This document shows positions 1-14,880 of a DNA stretch of 64,000 bases, piece by piece. The stretch covers positions 1,632,001-1,696,000 of the forward strand of contig CP068257.2 in assembly GCA_009914755.4 (NCBI GenBank), written 5' to 3'. Numbering within the stretch: the stretch's first letter is position 1; every line of letters begins with the position of its first letter. Source of the stretch: the human T2T-CHM13v2.0 reference genome, Homo sapiens. The notes below the pieces were generated by a model. That model saw only the letters and a program-made list of their open reading frames with translations, did not search any database and had not been told where the DNA came from. The position numbers were made by a program, and so were the translations under genes.

Positions 1-3000
1 GTACCCAAAGCATGTATTATATACTGTACATAAAATATGAAAGTACATCAAATATATATTTTATTCTGTACATAAAATATCAAAGTACACCAGATATATA
101 TTCTATAGTGTACATAAAATAACAAAGTACACAAACCATAAATTATATACTGTACATAAAATATGACATTACATCAAATATATATTAGGTACATAAAATA
201 TGAAAGTACATCAAATATAGATTATATACTGTACATAAAATATCAATGTACCCCAAATATATATTTTATACTCTACATGAAATATCAAAGTTCACAAACT
301 ATATATTATATACTGTACATAAAATATCAAAGTACCCAAGGTATATATTCTATACTGTACAAAAGATATCAAAGTACCGAAAGCACGTATTATATACTGT
401 ACATAAAATATGAAAGTACATCAAATATATATTTTATTCTGTACATAAAATATCAAAGTACACCAGATATATATTCTATAGTGTACATAAAATATCATAC
501 TACCCAAACTATTTATTATATACTGTACATAAAATATGAAATTACATCAAATATATATTATATTAGGTACATAAAATATGAAATTACATCAAATATAGCT
601 TATATACTGTACATTAAATACCAAAGTACCCCAAATATATATTTTATACTGTACATGAAATATCAAAGTTCACAAACTATATGTTATATACTGTACATAA
701 AATATCAAAGTACCCAAGGTATGTATTCTATACTGTACAAAAAATATCACAGTACCCAAAGCATGTATTATATACTGTACATAAAATATGAAAGTACATC
801 AAATATATATTTTATTCTGTACATAAAATATCAAAGTACACCAGATATATATTCCATAGTGTACATAAAATATCAAAGTACCCAAACTATACATTATATA
901 CTGTACATAAAATATGAGATTACATCAAATATATATTTTATTAGCTACATAAAATATGAAAGTACATCAGATATAGATTATATACTGTACATAAAATATC
1001 AAAGTACCCCAAATATGTATTATATACTCTACATGAAATATCAAAGTTCACAAACTATATATTATATACTGTAGATAAAATATCAAAGTACCCAAGGTAT
1101 ATATTCTATACTGTACAAAAAATATCAAAGTACCCAAAGCATGTATTATATACTGTATACAAAATATGAAAATACATTAAATATATATTTTATTCTGTAC
1201 ATAAAATATCAAAGTACACCAGATATGTATTCTATAGTGTACATAAAATAACAAAGTACACAAACTATAAATTATATACTGTACGTAAAATATGAAATTA
1301 CATCAAATATATATTAGGTACATAAAATATGAAAGTACATCAAATATAGATTATATAAGGTACATATAATATCAATGTACCCCAAATATATATTTTATAC
1401 TCTACATGAAATATCAAAGTTCACAAACCATACATTATATACTGTACATAAAATATCAGAGTACCCAAGGTATATATTCTATACTGTACGAAAAATATCA
1501 AAGTACCCAAAGCATGTATTATATACTGTACATAAAATATGAAAGTACATCAAATATATATTTTATTCTGTACATAAAATATCAAAGTACACCAGATATA
1601 TATTCTATAGTGTACATAAAATATCAAAGTACCCAAACTATACATTATATACTGTACATAAAATATGAAATTACATCAAATATATATTAGGTACATAAAA
1701 TATGAAAGTATATCAAATATAGATTATATACTGTACATATAATATCAATGTACCCCAAATATATATTTTATACTCTACATGAAATATCAAAATTCAGAAA
1801 CCATATATTATATACTGTACATAAAATATCAAAGTACCCAATGTATATATTCTATACTGTACAAAAAACATCAAAGTACCCAAAGCATGTATTATATACT
1901 GTACATAAAATATGAAAGTACATCAAATATATATTTTATTCTGTACATAAAATATCAAAGTACACCAGATATATATTCTATAGTGTACATAAAATATCAA
2001 TGTACCCAAACTATACATTATATACTGTACAAAAAATATGAAATTACATCAAATATATATTATATTAGGTACATAAAATATGAAAGCACATCAAATATAG
2101 ATTATATACTGTACATTAAATGCCAAAGTACCCCAAATATATATTTTATACTGTACATCAAATATCAAAGTTCACAAACTATATATTATATACTGTACAT
2201 AAAATATCAAAGTACCCAAGGTATATATTCTATACTGTACAAAAAATATCAAAGTACCCAAAGCATGTATTATATACTGTACATAAAATATGAAAGTACA
2301 TCAAATATATATTTTATTCTGTACATAAAACATCAAAGTACACCAGATATATATTCTATAGTGTACATAAAATATCAAAGTACCCAAACTATACATTATA
2401 TACTGTACATAAAATATGAAATTACATCAAATATATATTATATTAGGTACATAAAATACGAAAGTACATCAAATATAGATTATATAGTGTACATAAAATA
2501 TCAAAGTACCCCAAATATATATTATATACTCTACATGAAATATCAAAGTTCACAAACTATATATTATATACTGTAGATAAAATATCAAAGTACCCAAGGT
2601 ATATATTATATACTGTACAAAAAATATCAAAGTATCCAAAGCATGTATTATATACTGTATATAAAATATGAAAGTAAATTAAACATATATTTTATTCTGT
2701 ACATAAAATATCAAAGTACACCAGATATATATTCTATAGTGTACATAAAATAACAAAGTACACAAACTATAAATTATATACCGTACATAAAATATGAAAT
2801 TACATCAAATATATATTAGGTACCTAAAATATGAAAGTACATCAAATATAGATTATATACTGTACATAAAATATCAATGTACCCCAAATATATATTTTAT
2901 ACTCGACATGAAATATCAAAGTTCACAAACCATATATTATATACTGTACATAAAATATCAAAGTACCCAAGGTATATATTCTATACTGTAGAAAAAATAT

Positions 3001-6000
3001 CAAAGTACCCAAAGCATGTATTATATACTGTACATAAAATATGAAAGTACATCAAATATATATTTTATTCTGTACATAAAATATCAAAGTACACCAGATA
3101 TAGATTCTATAGTGTACATAAAATATCAAAGTACCCAAACTATACATTATATACTGTACATAAAATATGAAATTACATCAAATATATATTAGGTACATAA
3201 AATATGAAAGTACATCAAATATAGATTATATACTGTACATAAAATATCAATGTACAACAAATATATATTTTATACTCTACATGAAATATCAAAGTTCACA
3301 AACTATATATTATATAATGTACATAAAATATCAAAGTACCCAAGGTATATATTCTATACTGTACAAAAAATATCAAAGTACCGAAAGCATGTATTATATA
3401 CTGTACATAAAATATGAAAGTACATCAAATATATATTTTATTCTGTACATAAAATATCAAAGTACACCAGATATATATTCTATAGTGTACATAAAATATC
3501 AAAGTACCCAAACTATACATTATATACTGTACATAAAATATGAAATTACATCAAATATATATTATATTAGGTACATAAAATATGAAAGTACATCAAATAT
3601 AGATTATATACTGTACATTAAATACCAAAGTACCCCAAATATATATTTTATACTGTACATGAAATATCAAAGTTCACAAACTATATATTATATACTGTAC
3701 ATAAAATATCAAAGTACCCAAGGTATATATTCTATACTGTACAAAAAATATCAAAGTACCCAAAGCATGTATTATAAACTGTACATAAAATATGAAAGTA
3801 CATCAAATATATATTTTATTCTGTACATAAAATATCAAAGTACACCAGATATATATTCTATAGTGTACATAAAATATCAAAGTACCCAAATTATACATTA
3901 TATACTGTACATAAAATATGAAATTACATCAAATATATATTATATTAGGTACATAAAATATGAAAGTACATCAAATATAGATTATATACTGTACATTAAA
4001 TACCAAAGTACCCCAAATATATATTTTATACTGTACATGAAATATCAAAGTTCACACACTATATATTATATACTGTACATAAAATATCAAAGTACCCAAG
4101 TTATATATTCTATACTGTACAAAAAATATCAAAGTACCCAAAACATGTATTATAAACTGTACATAAAATATGAAAGTACATCAAATATATATTTTATTCT
4201 GTACATAAAATATCAAAGTACTCCAGATATATATTCTATAGTGTACATAAAATATCAAAGTACCCAAACTATACATTATATACTGTACATAAAATATGAA
4301 ATTACATAAAATATATATTATATTAGGTACATAAAATATGAAAGTACATCAAATATAGATTATATACTGTACATAAAATATCAAAGTACCCAAATATATA
4401 TTATATACTCTACAGGAAATATCAAAGTTCACACACTATATATTATATACTGTACATAAAATATCAAAGTACCCAAGGTATATATTCTATACTGTACAAA
4501 AAATATCAAAGTACCCAAAGCATGTATTATATACTGTATGTAAAATATGAAAGAACATCAAATATATATTTTATTCTGTACATAAAATATCAAAGTACAC
4601 CAGATATATATTCTATAGTGTACATAAAATATCAAAGTACCCAAAGCATGTATTATAAACTGTACATAAAATATGAAAGTACATCAAATATATATTTTAT
4701 TGTGTACATAAAATATCAAAGTACACCAGATATATATTCTATAGTGTACATAAAATATCAAAGTACCCAAACTATACATTATATACTGTACAGAAAATAT
4801 GAAATTACAGCAAATATATATTATATTAGGTACATAAAATATGAAAGTACATCAAATATAGATTATATACTGTACATTAAATACCAAAGTACCCCAAATA
4901 TATATTTTATACTGTACATGAAATATCAAATTTCACAAACTATATATTATATACTGTACATAAAATATCAAAGTACACAAGGTAATTATTCTATACTGTA
5001 CAAAAAATATCAAAGTACCCAAAGCATGTATTATAAACTGTACATAAAATATGAAAGTACATCAAATATATATTTTATTCTGTACATAAAATATCAAAGT
5101 ACACCAGATATATATTCTATAGTGTACATAAAATATCAAAGTACCCAAACTATACATTATATACTGTACATAAAATATGAAATTACATCAAATATATATT
5201 ATATTAGGTACATAAAATATGAAAGTACATCAAATATAGATTATATACTGTACATTAAATACCAAAGTACCCCAAATATATATTTTATACTGTACATGAA
5301 ATATCAAAGTTCACAAACTATATATTATATACTGTACATAAAATATCAAAGTACCCAAGGTATATATTCTATACTGTACAAAAAATATCAAAGTACCCAA
5401 AGCATGTATTATAAACTGTACATAAAATATGAAAGTACATCAAATATATATTTTATTCTGTACATAAAATATCAAAGTACACCAGATATATATTCTATAG
5501 TGTACATAAAATATCAAAGTACCCAAACTATACATTATATACTGTACCTAAAATATGAAATTACATAAAATATATATTATATTAGGTACATAAAATATGA
5601 AAGTACATCAAATATAGATTATATACTGTACATAAAATATCAAAGTACCCAAATATATATTATATACTCTACAGGAAATATCAAAGTTCACACACTATAT
5701 ATTATATACTGTACATAAAATATCAAAGTACCCAAGGTATATATTCTATACTGTACAAAAAATATCAAAGTACCCAAAGCATGTATTATATACTGTATGT
5801 AAAATATGAAAGAACATCAAATATATATTTTATTCTGTACATAAAATATCAAAGTACACCAGATATATATTCTATAGTGTACATAAAATATCAAAGTACC
5901 CAAAGCATGTATTATAAACTGTACATAAAATATGAAAGTACATCAAATATATATTTTATTCTGTACATAAAATATCAAAGTACACCAGATATATATTCTA

Positions 6001-9000
6001 TAGTGTACATAAAATAACAAAGTACACAAACTATAAATTATATACTGTATATAAAATATGAAATTACATCAAAAATATATTAGGTACATAAAATATGAAA
6101 GTACATCAAATATAGATTATATACTGTACATAAAATATCAATGTACCCCAAATATATATTTTATACTGTACATGAAATATCAAAGTTCACAAACTATATA
6201 TTATGTACTGTACAAAAAATATCAAAATACCCAAGGTATATATTCTATACTGTACAAAAAATATCAAAGTACCCAAAGCATGTATTATATACTGTACATA
6301 AAATATGAAAGTACATCAAATATATATTTTATTGTGTACATAAAATATCAAAGTACACCAGATATATATTCTATAGTGTACATAAAATATCAAAGTACCC
6401 AAACTATACATTATATGCTGTACAGAAAATATGAAATTACAGCAAATATATATTATATTAGGTACATAAAATATGAAAGTACATCAAATATAGATTATAT
6501 ACTGTACATTAAATACCAAAGTACCCCAAATATATATTTTATACTGTATATGAAATATCAAAGTTCACAAACTATATATTATATACTGTACATAAAATAT
6601 CAAAGTACACAAGGTATATATTCTATACTGTAGAAAAAATATCAAAGTACCCAAAGCATGTATTATATACTGTACATAAAATATGAAAGTACATCAAATA
6701 TATATTTTATTCTGTACATAAAATATCAAAGTACACCAGATATATATTCTATAGTGTACATAAAATATCAAAGTACCCAAACTATACATTATATACTGTA
6801 CATAAAATATGAAATTACATCAAATATATATTAGGTACATAAAATATGAAAGTACATCAAATATAGATTATATACTGTACATAAAATATCAATGTACAAC
6901 AAATATATATTTTATACTCTACATGAAATATCAAAGTTCACAAACTATATATTATATAATGTACATAAAATATCAAAGTACCCAAGGTATATATTCTATA
7001 CTGTACAAAAAATATCAAAGTACCGAAAGCATGTATTATATACTGTACATAAAATATGAAAGTACATCAAATATATATTTTATTCTGTACATAAAATATC
7101 AAAGTACACCAGATATATATTCTATAGTGTACATAAAATATCAAAGTACCCAAACTATACATTATATACTGTACATAAAATATGAAATTACATCAAATAT
7201 ATATTATATTAGGTACATAAAATATGAAAGTACATCAAATATAGATTATATACTGTACATTAAATACCAAAGTACCCCAAATATATATTTTATACTGTAC
7301 ATGAAATATCAAAGTTCACAAACTATATATTATATACTGTACATAAAATATCAAAGTACCCAAGGTATATATTCTATACTGTACAAAAAATATCAAAGTA
7401 CCCAAAGCATGTATTATAAACTGTACATAAAATATGAAAGTACATCAAATATATATTTTATTCTGTACATAAAATATCAAAGTACACCAGATATATATTC
7501 TATAGTGTACATAAAATATCAAAGTACCCAAATTATACATTATATACTGTACATAAAATATGAAATTACATCAAATATATATTATATTAGGTACATAAAA
7601 TATGAAAGTACATCAAATATAGATTATATACTGTACATTAAATACCAAAGTACCCCAAATATATATTTTATACTGTACATGAAATATCAAAGTTCACACA
7701 CTATATATTATATACTGTACATAAAATATCAAAGTACCCAAGTTATATATTCTATACTGTACAAAAAATATCAAAGTACCCAAAACATGTATTATAAACT
7801 GTACATAAAATATGAAAGTACATCAAATATATATTTTATTCTGTACATAAAATATCAAAGTACTCCAGATATATATTCTATAGTGTACATAAAATATCAA
7901 AGTACCCAAACTATACATTATATACTGTACATAAAATATGAAATTACATAAAATATATATTATATTAGGTACATAAAATATGAAAGTACATCAAATATAG
8001 ATTATATACTGTACATAAAATATCAAAGTACCCAAATATATATTATATACTCTACAGGAAATATCAAAGTTCACACACTATATATTATATACTGTACATA
8101 AAATATCAAAGTACCCAAGGTATATATTCTATACTGTACAAAAAATATCAAAGTACCCAAAGCATGTATTATATACTGTATGTAAAATATGAAAGAACAT
8201 CAAATATATATTTTATTCTGTACATAAAATATCAAAGTACACCAGATATATATTCTATAGTGTACATAAAATATCAAAGTACCCAAAGCATGTATTATAA
8301 ACTGTACATAAAATATGAAAGTACATCAAATATATATTTTATTGTGTACATAAAATATCAAAGTACACCAGATATATATTCTATAGTGTACATAAAATAT
8401 CAAAGTACCCAAACTATACATTATATACTGTACAGAAAATATGAAATTACAGCAAATATATATTATATTAGGTACATAAAATATGAAAGTACATCAAATA
8501 TAGATTATATACTGTACATTAAATACCAAAGTACCCCAAATATATATTTTATACTGTACATGAAATATCAAATTTCACAAACTATATATTATATACTGTA
8601 CATAAAATATCAAAGTACACAAGGTAATTATTCTATACTGTACAAAAAATATCAAAGTACCCAAAGCATGTATTATAAACTGTACATAAAATATGAAAGT
8701 ACATCAAATATATATTTTATTCTGTACATAAAATATCAAAGTACACCAGATATATATTCTATAGTGTACATAAAATATCAAAGTACCCAAACTATACATT
8801 ATATACTGTACATAAAATATGAAATTACATCAAATATATATTATATTAGGTACATAAAATATGAAAGTACATCAAATATAGATTATATACTGTACATTAA
8901 ATACCAAAGTACCCCAAATATATATTTTATACTGTACATGAAATATCAAAGTTCACAAACTATATATTATATACTGTACATAAAATATCAAAGTACCCAA

Positions 9001-12000
9001 GGTATATATTCTATACTGTACAAAAAATATCAAAGTACCCAAAGCATGTATTATAAACTGTACATAAAATATGAAAGTACATCAAATATGTATTTTATTC
9101 TGTACATAAAATATCAAAGTACACCAGATATATATTCTATAGTGTACATAAAATATCAAAGTACCCAAACTATACATTATATACTGTACCTAAAATATGA
9201 AATTACATAAAATATATATTATATTAGGTACATAAAATATGAAAGTACATCAAATATAGATTATATACTGTACATAAAATATCAAAGTACCCAAATATAT
9301 ATTATATACTCTACAGGAAATATCAAAGTTCACACACTATATATTATATACTGTACATAAAATATCAAAGTACCCAAGGTATATATTCTATACTGTACAA
9401 AAAATATCAAAGTACCCAAAGCATGTATTATATACTGTATGTAAAATATGAAAGAACATCAAATATATATTTTATTCTGTACATAAAATATCAAAGTACA
9501 CCAGATATATATTCTATAGTGTACATAAAATATCAAAGTACCCAAAGCATGTATTATAAACTGTACATAAAATATGAAAGTACATCAAATATATATTTTA
9601 TTCTGTACATAAAATATCAAAGTACACCAGATATATATTCTATAGTGTACATAAAATAACAAAGTACACAAACTATAAATTATATACTGTATATAAAATA
9701 TGAAATTACATCAAAAATATATTAGGTACATAAAATATGAAAGTATACATCAAATATAGATTATACACTGTACATAAAATATCAAAGTACCCCAAATATA
9801 TATTATATACTCTACATGAAATACCAAAGTTCACAAACTATATATTATATACTGTACATAAAATAAAGTCCCCAAGGTATATATTCTATACTGTAGAAAA
9901 AATATCAAAGTACCCAAAGCATGTATTATATTCTGTATATAAAATATGAAAGTACATCAAATATATATTTTATTCTGTACATAATATATCAAAGTACACC
10001 AGATATATATTCTATAGTGTACATAAAATAACAAAGTACAAAAACTATAAATTATATACTGTACATAAAATATGAAATTACATCAAATATATATTAGGTA
10101 CATAAAATATGAAAGTACATCAAATATAGATTATATACTGTACATAAAATTTCAATGTACCCCAAATATATATTTTATACTCTACATGAAATATCAAAGT
10201 TCACAAACCATATATTATATACTGTACATAAAATATCAAAGTACCCAAGGTATATATTCTATACTATACAAAAAATATCAAAGTACCCAAAGCATGTATT
10301 ATATACTGTACCTAAAATATGAAAGTACATCAAATACATATTTTATTCTGTACATAAAATATCAATGTACACCAGATATATATTCTATAGTGTACATAAA
10401 ATATCAAAGTACCCAAACTATACATTATATACTGTACATAAAATATGAAATTACATCAAATATATTTTATATTAGGTACATAAAATATGAAAGTACATCA
10501 AATATAGATTATATACTGTACATAAAATATCAAAGTACCCCAAATATATATTATATACTCTACATGAAATATCAAAGTTCACAAACTATATATTATATAC
10601 TGTACATAAAATATCAAAGTACCCAAGGTATATATTCTATACTATACAAAAAATATCAAAGTACCCAAAGCATGTATTATATACTGTACCTAAAATATGA
10701 AAGTACATAAAATATATATTTTATTCTGTACATAAAATATCAAAGTACACCAGTTATATATTTTATAGTGTTCATAAAATATCAAAGTACCCAAACTATA
10801 CATTATATACTGTACATAAAATATGAAATTACATCAAATATATATTAGGTACATAAAATATGAAAGTACATCAAATATAGATTATATACTGTACATATAA
10901 TATCAATGTACCCCAAATATATATTTTATACTCTACATGAAATATCAAAGTTCACAAACCATATATTATATACTGTACATAAAATATCAAATTACCCAAG
11001 GTATATATTCTATACTGTACAAAAAATATCAAAGTACCCAAAGCATGTATTATATACTGTACATAAAATATGAAAGTACATCAAATATATATTTTATTCT
11101 GTACATAAAATATCAAAGTACACCAGATATATATTCTATAGTGTACATAAAATATCAAATTACCCAAACTATACATTATATACTGTACATAAAATATGAA
11201 ATTACATCAAATATATATTATATTACGTACATAAAATATGAAAGTACATCAAATATAGATTATATACTGTACATAAAATATCAAAGTACCCGAGGTATAT
11301 ATTCTATACTGTACAAAAAATATCAAAGTACCCAAAACATGTATTATATACTGTACATAAAATATGAAAGTACATCAAATATATATTTTATTCTGTACAT
11401 AAAATATCAAAGTACACCAGATATATATTCTATAGTGTACATAAAATAACAAAGTACACAAACGATAAATTATATACTGTACATAAAATATGACATTACA
11501 TCAAATATATATTAGGTACATAAAATATGAAAGTACATCAAATATAGATTATATACTGTACATAAAATATCAATGTACCCCAAATATATATTTTATACTC
11601 TACATGAAATATCAAAGTTCACAAACCATATATTATATACTGTACATAAAATATCAAAGTACCCAAGGTATATATTCTATACAGTACAAAAAATATCAAA
11701 GTACCCAAAGCATGTATTTTATACTGTACATAAAAGATGAAACTACATCAAATATATATTTTATTCTGGACAAAAAATATCAAAGTACACCAGACATATT
11801 TTCTATAGTGTACATAAAATATCAAAGTACCCAAAGCATGTATTATATACTGTACATAAAATATGAAAGTACATCAAATATATATTTTATTCTGTACATA
11901 AAATATCAAAGTACACCAGATATATATTCTATAGTGTACATAAAATATCAAAGTACCCAAACTATATATTATATACTGTACATAAAATATGAAATTACAT

Positions 12001-14880
12001 CAAATATATATTAGGTACATAAAATATGAAAGTACATCAAATATAGATTATATACTGTACATAAAATATCAATGTACAACAAATATATATTTTATACTCT
12101 ACATGAAATATCAAAGTTCACAAACTATATATTATATAATGTACATAAAATATCAAAGTACCCAAGGTATATATTCTATACTGTACAAAAAATATCAAAG
12201 TACCGAAAGCATGTATTATATACTGTACATAAAATATGAAAGTACATCAAATATATATTTTATTCTGTACATAAAATATCAAAGTACACCAGATATATAT
12301 TCTATAGTGTACATAAAATATCAAAGTACCCAAACTATACATTATATACTGTACATAAAATATGAAATTACATCAAATATATATTATATTAGGTACATAA
12401 AACATGAAAGTACATCAAATATAGATTATATACTGTACATTAAATACCAAAGTACCCCAAATATATATTTTATACTCTACATGAAATATCAAAGTTCACA
12501 AACTATATATTATATACTGTACATAAAATATCAAAGTACCCAAGGTATATATTCTATACTGTACAAAAAATATCAAAGTACCCAAAGCATGTGTTATAAA
12601 CTGTACATAAAATATGAAAGTACATCAAATATATATTTTATTCTGTACATAAAATATCAAAGTACACCAGATATATATTCTATAGTGTACATAAAATATC
12701 AAAGTACCCAAAGTATACATTATATACTGTACATAAAATATGAAATTACATCAAATATATATTATATTAGGTACATAAAATATGAAAGTACATCAAATAT
12801 AGATTATATACTGTACATTAAATACCAAAGTACCCCAAATATATATTTTATACTGTACATGAAATATCAAAGTTCACACACTATATATTATATACTGTAC
12901 ATAAAATATCAAAGTACCCAAGGTATATATTCTATACTGTACAAAAAATATCAAAGTACCCAAAGCATGTATTATATACTGTATATAAAATATGAAAGTA
13001 CATCAAATATATATTTTATTCTGTACATAAAATATCAAAGTACACCAGATATATATTCTATAGTGTACATAAAATAAAAAAGTACACAAACTATAAATTA
13101 TATACTGTACGTAAAATATGAAATTACATCAAATATATATTAGGTACATAAAATATGAAAGTACATCAAATATAGATTATATACTGTACATATAATATCA
13201 ATGTACCCCAAATATATATTTTATACTCTACATGAAATATCAAAGTTCAGAAACCATATATTATATACTGTACATAAAATATCAAAGTACCCAAGGTATA
13301 TATTCTATACTGTACAAAAAATATCAAAGTACCCAAAGCATGTATTATATACTGTACATAAAATATGAAAGCACATCAAATATATATTTTATTCTGTACA
13401 TAAAACATCAAAGTACACCAGATATATATTCTATACTGTACAAAAAATATCAAAGTACCCAAAGCATGTATTATATACTGTACATAAAATATGAAATTAC
13501 ATCAAATATATATTATATTAGGTACATAAAATATGAAAGCACATCAAATATAGATTATATACTGTACATTAAATACCAAAGTAACACAAATATATATTTT
13601 ATACTGTACATCAAATATCAAAGTTCACAAACTATATATATATATACTGTACATAAAATATCAAAGTACCCAAGGTATGTATTCTATACTGTATAAAAAA
13701 TATCAAAGTACCCAAAGCATGTATTATATACTGTACATAAAATATGAAAGTACATCAATTATATTTTATTCTGTACATAAAATATCAAAGTACACCAGAT
13801 ATATATTCTATAGTGTACATAAAATATCAAAGTACCCAAACTATACATTATATACTGTACATAAAATATGAAATTACATCAAATATATATTATATTAGGT
13901 ACATAAAATATGAAAGTATATCAAATATAGATTATATACTGTACATTAAATACCAAAGTACCCCAAATATATATTTTATACTGTACATCAAATATCAATG
14001 TTCACAAACTATATATTATATACTGTACATAAAATATCAAAGTACCCATAGTATATATTCTACACTGTACAAAAAATATCAAAGTACCCAAAGCAAGTAT
14101 TATATACTGTATATTAAATATGAAAGTACATCACATACATATTTTATTCTGTACATAAAATATCAAAGTACACCAGATATATATTCTATAGTGTACATAA
14201 AATAACAAAGTTCAAAAATTATAAATTATATGCTGTACATAAAATATGAAATTACATCAAATATATATTAGGTACATAAAATATGAAAGTACATCAAATA
14301 TAGATTATATACTGTACATAAAATATCAATGTACCCCAAATATATATTTTATACTCTACATGAAATATGAAAGTTCACAAACCATATATTATATGCTGTA
14401 CATAAAATATCAAAGTACCCAAGGTATATATTCTATACTGTACAAAAAATATCAAAGTACCCAAAGCATGTATTATATACTGTACATAAAATATGAAAGT
14501 ACATCAAATATATATTTTATTCTGTACATAAAATATCAAAGTACACCAGATATATATTCTATAGTGTACATAAAATATCAACGTACCCAAACTCTACATT
14601 ATATACTGTACATAAAATATGAAATTACATCAAATATATATTATATTAGGTACATAAAATATGAAAGTACATCAAATATAGATTATATACTGTACATAAA
14701 ATATCAAAGTGCCCCAAATATATATTATATACTGTACATGAAATATCAAAGTTCACAAACTATATATTATATACTGTAGATAAAATATCAAAGTACCCAA
14801 GGTATATATTCTATACTGTACAAAAAATATCAAAGTACCCAAAGCATGTATTATATACTGTACATAAAATATGAAAGTAC
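1..14880. repeat. Domain of canonical 9-monomer (378-bp) HOR, monomer order A-I
   Basis: The 14-aa translation units recur in fixed order ESTSNID / Q(C/S)TPNIYF / MKYQSSQTIYY / QSTQGIYS / KKYQSTQSMYY / ESTSNIYF / QSTPDIYS(IV) / QSTQTIHY / EITSNIYYIR every 126 aa (378 nt). Some I-to-A junctions carry a 6-bp deletion (atatatatt[atatta]ggtac), giving 372-bp copies. Confidence 0.8.
2950..9740. repeat. Two tandem copies of a 3642-bp super-repeat (about 87 monomers), near-identical
   Basis: Pseudo-ORF pairs at exact +3642 offset: 3167/6809 (380 aa, identical), 4522/8164 (348 aa, 1 difference), 5781/9423 (identical). The D-monomer TAG stops at 2989-2991 and 6631-6633 are also 3642 bp apart. Homology is lost before about 2930 and after about 9740. 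Confidence 0.85.

Noticed and set aside
13620-13640. Short (TA)n microsatellite tract (ctatatatatatatactg)
   Set aside because: It is a local expansion of the tatata segment of one monomer, too short to be a distinct feature.
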